From Kudoa neothunni (lineage: Eukaryota; Animalia; Cnidaria), in NCBI GenBank assembly GCA_964304625.1, contig OZ199838.1, positions 734,481-798,480 on the forward strand: a stretch of DNA of 64,000 nucleotides, given 5' to 3'. A program made the translations under genes and the position numbers. Every line of letters starts with the position of its first letter. Position 1 is the stretch's first letter. The notes beneath the pieces were generated by a model, which worked only from the letters and a program-made list of their open reading frames with translations, had not been told where the DNA came from and made no database searches. Below are positions 1-13,701 of this stretch, piece after piece.

Positions 1-3000
1 ACCTTTAAAATAGACTTTGTATATTTAACAAGATAAACAATATTTTCCCTTAACCCTTTGACTCCCGAATTTAATTCAATGACTGAACTACTTTTTTTGT
101 TCATTATGCTAAAATATGAATAATTCTCAATTAAATATCTAAAAATTGAATAACTATATTCAAAAATTAAAAAGGTACACACATGGTGTCAAATAGCAAC
201 TTAGGGGCGTCGCTTATTTCAATTTGTAAGAATGCGCGTGAGTGGTCTTTTATGTTACTTTGTTTTTAACCAATTTTTATTACTTTTCCGCCATCATAAA
301 TGAGATATTAAATTATTTATTATAATTCCAATAGTCGAAAAACTTTTTTTGTTTTTATTGAGGAAGAAATGGAAAATACACTTAATGCAAATATGATCAA
401 ATAATCTATCATTGAAGAATCGGTTGAAATTGGTGAAAATTTCAAATATAATATCTTCAACTTGTTCAAGAATATCGGTTGTTTAATACCCTTGTTTATA
501 TAATTTTTCTCGTTCGATGTCTAATTTAAGCGATAATTACCAACGCCCTCATCACTAAACTTTATACGGATATAATATAATCATATTGACTACAGTTAGT
601 GACCACTAATTTGCGATCTTCTCGGTGCCGGTGGTAATTACGAATTAGACATAACTGACGTGTAATTCGTAATAGCTACGTATGCATGTGTGACAAAAAA
701 ACCAATGAAAACTTTACATTATTTATTTAATTTTTATGACCTTCGAAAATTATCTGTTATTTTGGCTTGTATTTGAGTTGCTCAATATACTCAAACACAT
801 AAGACTATAGTCTAGTTTAACCAATTCATCACATACAGATTAACGAGCACCTTTCAAATATATTTTCATATTTTCGAAAAACATTTGAGCATTTTTAGAG
901 AGGAATTTAAGATCATTCATTCTGAAATATTGCGTCATTTAGTTCAAACCGAAAAAAATAATAAAGCATTCCTTTGGCGCGCAAAAAATAATTGCTATAA
1001 TGGAAATAATATTATTAAGAATTTTTGGGTTTCATCTGATGTATGTAAAACAATTTGTTTTAAAGAAAAATAGCCAGGTTTTTAATCACTTACTAAATGT
1101 TAATTCATAGAATTGTGCGGTCTCATTGACGGTGTATATTTGACCCTCCCTATAATTTTCATTTGTTTTAAAAAATTTGAGTGCTCCAATCCGTAATAAT
1201 TCCGATGGATGCAGTGCTAGTCTAGCCTCGCCATTGAAACTGACTTTTTTTAAGATAAACCTATTTCTAAAGCCACGAAACAATCCATAACAAACATTTT
1301 TTAGATCTTCATTAGAAGCATCGATCTCATTTTTTTTATTAAATATTTCGTTAAAAATCGACCTCATCCAAACGAACTACTCATACACGTTGATAAATGT
1401 CTCCATCTTTTCCTGTTCGCACTGATCTTCGTTTAACTAAAAGCAAATGAATTTCAAATGCCTGTTTAATTTGAGCCCTATTAACTAAAATGCCATTTAA
1501 AGTTGATATATAACCTATTTCGAAGTGTTTAATAATTCCCGCCTTTCTATGTAACAGTGGAAAACTATCATAATATTAAATTATAGCATATTTCTCTTGA
1601 ATCGTTATAAATATCTTAATCCTTTTTTCGGGCATTTAGAAATAATTGCGATTTATCGGTTATTAAACACATTTAAAACATTTTGTTTCACCAAATAAAA
1701 AAATAATTCTTACATTTAATTAAGTATATATAATAAATGTTATTTCATAAATTTCACCGATGGATAAAGTTTTAAATCAATGTTACGAATGTACGGCCAC
1801 CTTCTATATACGATATACAATCCGATTCCTCCCAAACGTCTGATTTGTCCGAAACTGATAATAGTATGATTTTTTAAAAGACCATTCGATTTATTTATTT
1901 CTCTATTCCAGTCAGAATCTATTCTAAGGAATATAAACATATTTCACTCGAGGACCAGACGCTGCCGTATGGCAGCGTTCGCATACCCAGGGGCTCAATT
2001 TTACCAAAGGGCATCCAAGGTTAATCTGTCCCTAAAGCACTTATGTCAAAATTATTTTCTTCTTAGATTCAAACTTTGAATAATCCTTTTAAATAGTATA
2101 TGTGTATAATTGTAAATTCACTGAAACCCCAAAATTCCAAGTTCAATTTCTGGATACTTTTAGTCTTTTTTATACTTCCCCTAGAGTTAGATATTCCTTT
2201 GTGTTTCTCATGATATTATACAAATCAATTTTGAAAATTCATTTTTATTAAATTGAATAAACATTAACTATATTATTACAATAAAAATAGATTTAAAAAA
2301 TGTAATTTAATTGTTAAAATACTCACAAAATAAAAATGTTGCCATTTGGAAACTCTGGGCTTCAAACGGGTTAAATATAATGTAGGCTTTTTTATATATT
2401 AAAATGCTAACCATTAAATTGTTTTTTATTAAATTTTTTTATAAACATTGTTTATTAATATTAGCTGATTTAAGTCCATTATAATGAAAATTTATTTAGC
2501 TAAAAAAATAAACAAGACCAATAATTCATGATTTTTAATATCTAATAAACTTATTATAAAACTTAATTGTTTAAATTTTATAATAAAAAGTATTTAATTA
2601 AAATATCACTTTTGTTACACGAATAAATGGTACTAAAGTTATTCTGATGCTAAATAATATCTAACGGTATATTTTTTTGATTTTATTATTTATCGTTATA
2701 GATTTATATATTGCAAAAATTTTTGCTTCAAACTTATTAAGAATTTGAAAATTATAAATGCATTTTACGTTATAACTACTGAAAAACTGTAACTCGAAGT
2801 TTTAGAGCATTTGATAATAATTCCATAATTGAAATTATTTTATTGATGGATATATTTATTAACTTAACACATAAAAAATTATCTAATTAGATAATTCTAT
2901 CTTTAATATAAAGTTACATCTTTTTTAATTTATAAATCTTTTGGAAATATATAAAAATTTTATACCCACGGAATATTTATTTAGATATTTTATTTTTTAG

Positions 3001-3918
3001 GTAATCTATATTATACGTTGTCGTTAACTCGTTATTTTTATTATTTTTATATATTAATTTAATTATATAAATTTTCTTCACAAAATTTTTTCTATTTTGA
3101 ATTAAGTCCTAATTTTATCAATCTAATATATTATTATTACTTTTGTAATCATACAATGATCATGTTTTATTAAATTAATATATAATTTAACATATACATA
3201 CATGCATTTTTGTAATGATTAAAATTAATCGTTTAAAACGATATTTATAGTTTTATATTATTATGGAAATATTCGGAAAATTCATTTGATAATTATATCC
3301 AAATATTAAAAAAATATTCGTTTTATCCTTTAAATTCCATTATTACTTTTACAGAGAGGGTTCTATTATATTTTTTGGTACGAACCTGCATCGAACATAA
3401 AGTATGGAATGAGTGATTCTGAAACGTTTACAATCAAGTTGTGATAATCGATCGTAGGACGATAATACATCTCTAAAAACTGTGTATATAGTAATTATTT
3501 AATTCTAAATAATTTAAATCATCGTTTCAGAATTTCATTTTTTTAATAGAAGTATCGAAATATTTCAAGCGAACTTAATTTTGCCATCCCATTCACATAG
3601 TACTAACACCAATATCTAAAAACCTTCAATATGTTTTCCATATTTTCTCATTCTAAAAAACTACTGTACTTAAAATGTGAATATATTAACCGTTTGCTAT
3701 TCGATGAATTATCTAAAACATTGATCTCTTATGATTCATGCTGAACTCTATTCATTCGTTAAATTTCTATAAATATAATAAGTCACAACGAAAAAAATAT
3801 ACTGATTAATTTTTTTATTGTTAGTGGAGAAAAACTTATTTGGTAAGTTTAAATTCCATATTAAAGCGAGAAACAAAATAATTCAATCTTCCGTGAACCA
3901 AATGAAAACCGTTTCTCG

Positions 3919-4921
3919 TTAACCCGCGAAGGACCGACATAAAAAAATTTCGCAAGAAACCAACTGGGGTCATTTGTGACCCCAGGAGTTATTCATTTTT
4001 TCAAACAGCTACAATCATTGACTCCTTCTGGTTATTATAATTATTATGAATATCTATTAAAAATTGGGTGATAGGATTTCTACCGCTGCTGAGTTGTTAT
4101 TAAATTCTTAAATCGTTCCATAAACAACCATAATCCATGTTAATTGTATATTAATGAATATAGTCTTAATTAGATAGATACCATTATCTGGGAACATTTT
4201 CAAGGGGTGAACGATAATAGTAGAATATCTAATTGAGTATTAATGTGAATTTTAAGATTTTGTGGAAAGGAACCCACACATTGATGATTACAATCTCCAG
4301 TGTTTCTCGATAATACGTATACACAACTGCAGATTATGATTTTATTTTAGTTTATTAAATAGGGCGCTCTTTCCCAATTAACATGTAATTAATCAGATGT
4401 GGAGACTATACAACATATATTTAATAAAAATCAATATATTTTAAAGCTGATGACGGATTTGTTGTCTCCCTATTTTGATTTAGAGTAGGAATTCGATGGA
4501 TGCCTTCCTGCATTACATTGTTCGTTGAAAACTCTTCTAGAGGATAATATCCGGATAGTACCCATAGTTGAACGGAATCTATCAGTATGAAATCACAAAA
4601 TGGATACATTAAGCTTCTAATAACTCTCAAACATTTTTATTCAAAATTAATGTCATTACCTATCTTTATAATATTTATTGTTTTAAGATAAATTTAAAAT
4701 AACTACATTTAAAAGAAAAATCGAGAATATCACATACTAAAAGTAAAATATTTAAATCAATAAATGAACTCTTTTCTTCATAACTTTATAACCATCATTC
4801 ACAGACTCTAATTATGGAATACCAAATTTATGAGCCATATCATTTACTCTAATACACGAAATAACGTCAAAAAATCGATATTGGTATCAAAAATGACCTC
4901 AATTGGTTCGACGAAGGTTAA
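3919..4921 (-). mobile_element. Internally deleted piggyBac-like element (decayed)
   Basis: TTAA at both ends (3919-3922, 4918-4921), loosely inverted ends (cccgcgaaggacc / ccttcgtcgaacc) and a subterminal palindrome ggggtcatttgtgacccc. The minus-strand ORF 4421-4630 (..GIHRIPTLNQNR) resembles the piggyBac GTxRxNR region. Confidence 0.6.
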
Positions 4922-5259
4922 AGCAACTTTTCAAGAGGTTGATAAAAATAATTGTACATACCATATTAATAATTAATTTTAGGAAAAATTTATAAAATAT
5001 TTAAACATCACGAAACAATTATTTGAAAAATTTAAATATTAAACTAGGGGTGCCAAATGAAAACATTGAGTTAAAATGATTAGGATCGTATGGTACTGTG
5101 ATTACGTCCTACAGATTTTATAGACTTAATTCGCTAAATTTAGTATTCAAAAATTAAATTAAATTCAATAACAGTAAGGAAACAATTTCATGCACTTGTA
5201 TGCGAAAGAATTTCAGAAAAAAATTGACATATAGTTATGATTAATTTGCGCTTAAAAGG

Positions 5260-5700
5260 TCCAGTTATCCATATAATAAATTTTAAAGGATAATTAAAAA
5301 AACGAGAAACGCGTTAACAGCAAAAATCTAATTTCAACAATATATGAAATACTCCCCTTGTTGCTATTGATAGAATAAGGCAGTTTCGTCTACGTTGAAA
5401 ATAAAACTTTTAGAGTATCTTTTAAAAAAATGTTTTGATTTTATTTATCCACTCTGAAATAGTTTCAGCCGTAGAATCAACAAATTAATTAATAATATTT
5501 GATTTTTAAATGTTGGCTTTTTTTTAAACAACAAAACCCTCCACGAATTGTGCATAACGGTAGAACCTTTTTCTTTGGCTAATTGATTTCTCTCGATGAT
5601 TATCGTGGCAACGCTTACCACAATCTTTTTGCTTCATTTCCTCCCGAACCACTCGTATACATCTTCATCAACTGAATTAAATTATTCTGCATACAAATAA
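5260..5700 (-). mobile_element. pogo/Tigger-type transposase remnant
   Basis: The minus strand reads VDEDVYEWFGRK*SKKIVVS (CENP-B-type HTH), followed by IFNVDETALFY (first D of the pogo catalytic motif). Interrupted by stops and frameshifts. Confidence 0.65.
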
Positions 5701-7523
5701 TTTCTATTTTTAGATTCTAAATACATTTATATGTTTTGATTATGTTATTTTTCATCTATAGGATGCCATTAGGAGTCGAGATAATAAATATTTTATAACG
5801 TGATACAGTGGCAGTTTTGGAGTCATTAGATTGGAGACTTTCTTAGTAATAATAATATTGCCTTAACTGAATAATAAACAAAAAGTACCCCAAATAAAGT
5901 GCGTCAAGTTGGACAATCATGTGAATTTTAGTTTCGTTATTTCGATACTTCTTAAAATAATTATTGTGAATATTTCGATAGACATTATGAAGGTTACCTC
6001 CTTGCAATTTTTGGGTAATTATTGGCAACCATAACCAGTTTAATAAAGTGTCTTTCTGGTGACTTAGTACATATATATTATAATAAACATAATATATAAA
6101 CAATGACCAATCAATATTCTAAATAAATAAGTTTATAAAAAGTACGTGACATTGATTTCTTACTTTAGTAGTGTATTATTTTACGTTATCTAATTATTTT
6201 ATCAATTTATTGCAATATTAACACGATTCTAGGTTACTTACAATATATTTAATTAATGTTTTTGCCGGAAAAAAGGTATATATTTAAAATTAATAATTGA
6301 TAATTCTAATCTATTCACATATATTATTTTATATACCTTTCTAATATTATACCAATTTTAATTTGGTTCATAGTAAAATTAAAATTATGATACAAAGTGT
6401 TTTAAAATTATTTCCTGTTTAGGTAAATTACAGGTTACTGTATATATATGAATATTTTTATGAAATTTATTTTTGGAAACAATTTCAAAAATATTTTGGA
6501 TACATTTGTTGCTTTTTCTCTTTCTTATTTATATGTTAATTGGGTAAATCGTGAGAGACTGTTCATCAGGATTTACATATAATAAATAATTTTTTTCAGT
6601 CAGTGGCCATTATAATAGAAGATTAGCAAACAATCCAAGTTAGTTCATTATCTTTAAAATTGAAGGGAAATCAAGAGTAATATGATTTAATTGATACATA
6701 TATTTATTATATTAAAAAAATTGAAACGAATTTAATTAACATCAATTCAGTATTTATTTTCCATGATTTCTTATGTCATTATTATTTTACAAGGATTAAT
6801 GTGAACGTTTAAACCATAATTGACACTTATATGTGATAAAAAGTGCTAAGCAGTTACTGTATATCATATAGGATAAAATTTGTGGTAAATATGTTGATTA
6901 TTAAATTAAAGTAATCATTAACTATAAATTATTGTTGAACAAATACGGTCTAAGATTGATTTTCAAATTACAACAATTGTTAAATGTTTAAAATATTGCT
7001 TCTTATCTTTTTAAATGATCGATAACATACGGAGATTACTATCATTAGTGTGAGATATTACTCAAAGTATATACTTACAATATAATCTATTTTCAGTGAT
7101 TGAGGATGATGCTTTTTTAATCTTATTGATCCAAATTGTTTTTATATACAGTATATTAAGGACATAGCATTAATCATTGTAAAATTATTAATTAAATTTA
7201 AAATAGTGAAGGTATTATGACCATCTTATAATGTTAAAATAAATATTTCTGTGATGAAATATATTAAAAATACACTCGAAACCCCTTAAAAAACTATTCG
7301 ATGATATCGGCATTTAAGATTAATAGGTTATTTATCTATTAGGTTTTCTATTTATATAATTTTTATTTATTACTTGGGAAACTAATTACTTCATAATGGA
7401 AAAAAGATAATATAAACGCATTAGATCATCCGATGTATTATTAATGATGAATATTGTCTTAATCTAATACCATCCAAAAAAGCTCTAATCACTAGTCTCA
7501 AAGTTGGATCTGAATTGAGGAAA

Positions 7524-10500
7524 ATGATATTTCTTATAATATTTATCATATTAACTCATAACATGCATAAAAATGATTGTTTTGATAGAGGACATATGGT
7601 ATGACCGTTTTGAGTTCAAAAAAGGTATTAAGGTGTGTAGCAAATAGTGCTGAAGATTCAAGATGACTCAACCGATATTTACATTTTCAAATGTAAACAT
7701 CAGATGGAATTCATCACTCAAGACCGTTGCTCTTTGTTAAAATATGATCAGTGTAAAGACGATTCTTTTGAAGGTTATCATAAAAATTATTCGCACAATA
7801 ATTACTGGCTCAAATTAGATTACGAATCTAAGAATATTTTTCAAATGGAAGATCTATGTGTGAAACGATTGCTTGAACTCAATACTTCGTTTTACGAAAT
7901 ATTCGTCAATGTAGTAATATCAGCACACTTAAAGAATACCGGGTATTTTTCTTTTCAACCTTTCAAACGCATCGACCACATACTTGTTTTATTAATTAAA
8001 TTTAATTTAATGTTCATGTTTAATCCTTACGCGACGGATAGTGTATTTTAGGAACGCCAATTATATTATTTTTGGAAATCTCTATTTTTACATTTTTATT
8101 TTCTATATAGTTTTCCATGTAATGTTTTAATATCAAATAAACTTTAAACTAAACTAACAAAATTATTTGCTTATGGATATAAAATAATAGACTACTTTTT
8201 CAAAACCGAACTAATAGTACTTAGTGCAGTGATTTCCTACAAATTTTACATCATTACCCCAATTCTAATTTTTGCGTTCACTTCGCACCCCTCCTCTATG
8301 TGATTGTCAGGAATCAATTATACTTTTTGTTTAAATGTGAAAATAATAATACCATTGAAAAATGTCTAAAAATTAAAATTTTCATTATTTTAGTTAAAAT
8401 TTTAACTTAATAATTTTCTCAATTACTTCTAAAATAAATTAAAACTAAAAAGTTTTGATTAACACAATTTGTTATGAATAAATGGAAAAAGGATGAACAC
8501 TATCATTTCACTACTCATGACTTAACACTCAATGATTGAAGCTATTATTCGTCCCTGCTTACATATACCATTTTTATGTAAAGTAATAAATAATTATTTT
8601 ATTATAATTATTCCAAAATATTAGACCTAAAAAATAAATATACACGTAATTCTAAACTATAAAAAGTATGGTCGATCAAATAAGTTCTGCACTTAAAGGC
8701 GTAAATTAAATGAGCCAAATAAATATACCCATTTTGTATAGTTCATAATAAACATTATATCAAAATCAATTGCTATTTATTATTTATTTAATCTGTCGGT
8801 TCCTTTGCTCTCGCTGGGTTTTCATAAGTAATTCGAAGCAGGGCATTTTGTTGGACTATGGAACTTGGAAATTGTTTTCGGAGTTTAATGTATTCCAATA
8901 CTAATTATATGTATATAATGAAGTCGATAAGCTTGTTCCATATGCTATCCTGTTTTGAATAAATCTAGCAACTTTCACATAATACACTGAGTTATATGTT
9001 AACTTAAATTTTGAGTAAATAGGTTAATAAAAATTTAATAGATTCAAAAAATATGCTTTTTAAATATACTAGAATAAATAACTAATATATATATATATAT
9101 AGTTAAAATTGTCATTTATTTATTTATATGTATAAATGAATGCTTTGATCCTTGTTTAATCAATATTTTAAAGCACAGTTTATCTTAGATTTTAATCAGA
9201 GATAAGGAATAAATTTAAAAGTATAACTTAAAACGTAACATAATAAAAACTATAAAATTAAATGATGGGTCTCAAATTTAGACAGAAGACAAAGTTAAAA
9301 TTACATAAAAATAGCGATTGTTAGATTTTGCAAGTTGAACAGGTTTAATATAAACTATTACCTTATTGCGCTATTTCGTAGAATTGAACGGATTAAATTA
9401 TAAAATAAATAAATTATCATATCTCATTTTTGAATCGAAACTGATTGATATCAAAACAACCAGACGTATTATTGTACGCATTACCTCCTTACATGATTTA
9501 AACGGGGACTAACGAAAATTGCAAAGTGAATAAACTAAGATTATTTTTTTAATTTATTCTTGGATGAATCTGCACCTCCGATGATGGCTCTTCGCATCCT
9601 TAGGGGTGCAGGCACTCCCTGTGGGGAAATATTGATGTAGTGTTTAAAAGCTTTAGAAACTCTTATATTTATTATTTATTTAATTTTAATATGAATAAAT
9701 CAATAACAGTGTGACTAAGTTTTGATTTTATTTTCTACTGGAAGAGTCCAAACTGCTTGGAGAATATCCTGAGATTACAGAAGACACGAGCACTCTTGGT
9801 AATTTATAAACTTTGAAAGTGTAGATTGATTATTATTATTTTATTTCATTCCAATGGATATACCTTTTTACGCCGCCATGATTTTTACCATCGAATAAAA
9901 ATTTTAACTGAATAGGTAGTTGTTTCAAGGGAAGAAAATGTTCTTACCATTTAATACCACCATCGCAAAAAAGATTGACGAAAACTTAGGGTTATTTTTG
10001 TTGTGGCGGTGTTGTCGATAATTCCTTTCAGATGACAAATTCACTTAAAAATCAACCTTGAGTTTTCCAATAGTTACTTAATAGCTTTACACAAACACAT
10101 CCAATATTTTGTGTAATTGCATGTATTTTTTCCTAGCTGTTTAAATATTTGTACGTTTTTGGTACTTATTTTTGTTTTAAATTGAGTAATAACCACATGA
10201 ACCAAATTTTTTATCCTTGCGAGTGAATTAAGTTCTAAAACATCTGGGATACTTAGATCACCCTTGCGGCAAACACGTACGTTTTTCGATTTTCGTCTTC
10301 CAAGTAATAGTTAATTTGTTAAGCATTTAATTGCTATTAATGTCTAGGTAATATATTTTTTTAAACAGAAACCAACCATAATTATTTTTCTCTCTTATTT
10401 ATTACTAATACATTATTATATTAAATAATTTTATTTTTTAAATCTTATTATACAATTACATAAAAAGTATTTATTTTTTTACATAATAAATTAAAAATAA

Positions 10501-12616
10501 TTAATATAAGTTATATTGATAAAAATATCAGTAGATTTTAATTAACTGGTTAAAGCGTTGAAGGTCCATGCTATCAAATTTTATATTAATATTACATTTA
10601 TTTTTATAGTAAAATAAATAATTACGGTTTTGTTCCAGATAATATAGGTTTAATTCGACCTGTTCCTTATAAAAATGGTTGGTATGATGTATACTATCAT
10701 TCAGATAGTTTTATGTTGAAAAACCCATACTTCTTTAAATATATAAAATATGACGTGGATGGAGTACACAGAAAGAATGTATAATTTATGGAAAATAAGA
10801 CCAATATTGAAAAGAAAAAATTTTTTTCTTAAATTTTTATAATGCTGATTCATAATTAGAACACAAATATTTAACTCGTTTTCAAACGTAAACCACAGGA
10901 AGCGTAATATTTTTATTTTTCTAAAAATTATTTCAACTTGATTAACTTATCCAAAATAAAAAATTTTCATATTCTGTTATTAATAAATAATAATCACTTA
11001 TATGAAAAAACCTTTGTTTATACCTTTAATATTGAGTCTTAAAGTTAAATGTGTTGTTTGCATCTGCTTTTAAGGATTAATAAATTATCTGAAAAATATT
11101 TTTTCAATTATTAAAACAATCTTCAATAGCTATTAAAGGTTAGATGAATTTATATTCCATTCTGACAACATGAAACTAAATAAAAATTTTCAAATTATAA
11201 GTTAATATATTATTTTTATTAATTTTTAAAGAATTTCAGCATTATAATAATAAAAATGTTCAAAAGTAGTTTAAATGAACAACATTTTCTCTTAAATATT
11301 AATAACTACCAATAGTTTATTATTTCATTACAAAATTATATTAATATTTTTAAAATATAAAAATCAAACATTCAACATAATCTGAAATATAACTCTTTTC
11401 AATGTTGGCTATATCGTTAATTCACAAGTTCCGGAATAAATGTTGAATTAAATACTTTTTCACAGATGTATACTAATGATTATATTTTTATGGATGGGAC
11501 GAGATTAGCGATTTCTTACACAACATATTCATTGGAGACTAGAAACGTGGATCAATCTCATATGTTGTACAAAAACAAATGCGGCTATAAAAATCAATTT
11601 TTCAACTTTCAAAATATTTCAAATCTCGACTATCTATTATGGAATATGATTTCACACCTACTGACGGTATCTTTGATTTAGTTAAACATCAATATACATA
11701 TAACAACCTAAATTTATTTATTGCCGCAATAGGATGACCAAATTTCAGATATTAAAAATGGTTCGATCATTGAGGTCCCCTTTGCATGCACAAAAAAACA
11801 ACGTCACTATTATTTTCCATGGTATCATGAGAACGATAGGTTGTTTGAATTGGGTTATCCTATCACCATTCCAAGAAAATACATTATACTAAATCCTAAC
11901 TATACTTTTGACGGTTGTCAAAAATTGATCAATGATGTGTTTTTCAATCCAACTAGAAATAATACTCATTATAATTCAATTATAAAGTTTAAAAACTTAT
12001 CTTTCCCACCCATAAGTGATGAAGATTATAATGTAATAACAAAGTCCATTCGTTTATTATTCTATTATTTTTAAAGATACGAATAAACAATTGTTATTTA
12101 AAAGACAATATGTATCCAACATATACGACTATATCATATTTTAAAAAATTAATTAAAAAAGATATTGATGAAAATGACTTCTCTTACAAAGTATGTTAAA
12201 TAGATTATATAAAACATAGTGTAATAGAATTGCTTATAGAGAATTATCAAAAGAATTTACTGCTATAGTCTTATTGATTACTCGAGCAGAAAAATTTTTA
12301 ATGAAACGCTAGAAGAAAAAATCTTTAAAATTACTCCACTAAAAGTACTAATATATATATATACATTATTTTTATTATAATTGTACAGATAGAATTTGTG
12401 CATTGGCAGCTGGGTATAGTTTTACGTCAGTCTAGTGAAAATTATCATGAATATTGTGAGCCAGAAGAAGATCTACAGGAAATAGTATCAATTAATGAAT
12501 TACCCATAACTCAACAAAATAATAATACTCACAATATACCTTCTAATAATACTAACATCCTCACAAATATATTTGGTAATGATAAGAATGCCACAGTATC
12601 GATACAGACATTATAA
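7524..12616 (+). CDS. Highly divergent GDA1/CD39 (E-NTPDase/apyrase)-family protein, multi-exon; catalytic motifs degenerate, possibly a pseudogene
   Basis: ATG 7524 with a hydrophobic N-terminus (MIFLIIFIILTH), then intron 7599-7640. IVLKIQDDSTDIYIFK sits at the ACR1 position and VNVVISAHLK at ACR2. DGVHRKN|MYTNDYIFMDG matches the YGxxYxVYTHSxLxYG strand. Then IEVPFAC, FDGCQKLI, FPPIS, and IYCYSLIDY...IEFVHWQLGIVL, matching the YCF...GWTLGYML (ACR5) end. The 3' half splices open with GT-AG introns 10789-11465, 11667-11732, 12033-12076, 12191-12239 and 12345-12388. The ACR2-ACR3 segment (7.9-10.6 kb) could not be spliced open. Confidence 0.6.
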
Positions 12617-13701
12617 ATTTGAAAAATAGAAAATATATCCACTTTTTTCGTTATTAACGGTTATTTACATATTTTCTTGAAAATTGAATAGACTACTTGT
12701 AATTACTAATATATACCATTAGAAGCATGTCTATTTATTAAAAATATGTTTATTTGTAATCGCTATTTATTTTTTTATTATTAATTAGAAGAAAATTACG
12801 TAAAAACAATAAAATTAACCATATATATCAAAAATAATTATTATCCCTTCTTAAATATGAGAAACGATTTTTTGTTATGTAACTATCATGTATCAACATG
12901 AGATTAAACTTACAAAGTGTTTATTAATTAATGTTTATTAGAATTTGACTAAATTATTTATCGATTAATTAATGTGATTTTTATATGCGCGAACGAAAAA
13001 AATATTTAAATTGTTTGAATTTGATGAGGAACTTAAGCCATCAGTTTCTAATTGGTTATGAATTGTTTATATAATATGTTTAATATCTTTTAAGTTGTAT
13101 AAGTTAATAATTTATAATTACGTGTATTTTATTGTGTAAACATACTAAACAAAATATTATAATGTTAGATTTTCAGACGTAGTAACTTTGTGCATAAATG
13201 AAAAAACAAAAAAAGTTACGTAAATACCTGAGTAGGACCACAGTGGTCCGCCTGAAACTAATGGTCTAATCAATCTTTGAAACATTATTTAAATTACTGA
13301 ATTCTAGAAAAGACGATTTCTAACCAATTCTGTATATAACTGAGTATTTTATAACAAATTATAATTTAAATTAAGAACATTAAAACGTAAAAATAAAACT
13401 TATGATGAGCGGTCAATGTTCTAGAAAACGTCTAAAATGAGTTCTGATAGGGAAATTTATTTTCTTTAAGCTGAAGATGAAACCATAAATGAACTGGTCA
13501 ATAATCAAGATGATTGTGATATAAGTGACATCGACGAAAATATTGAAAATTCTTCGGGAAGCTATTGTATCCTATCGAAAGAGAGATAAAAGTGGTAGAG
13601 AACTCTCACAATAATTGAACAGAGAGTAACACAGGAAAGTATATACAATGGGAAACCAGAATTTTCAAATGAAACAAAACTTTTAGTACAGACTCCATTG
13701 A

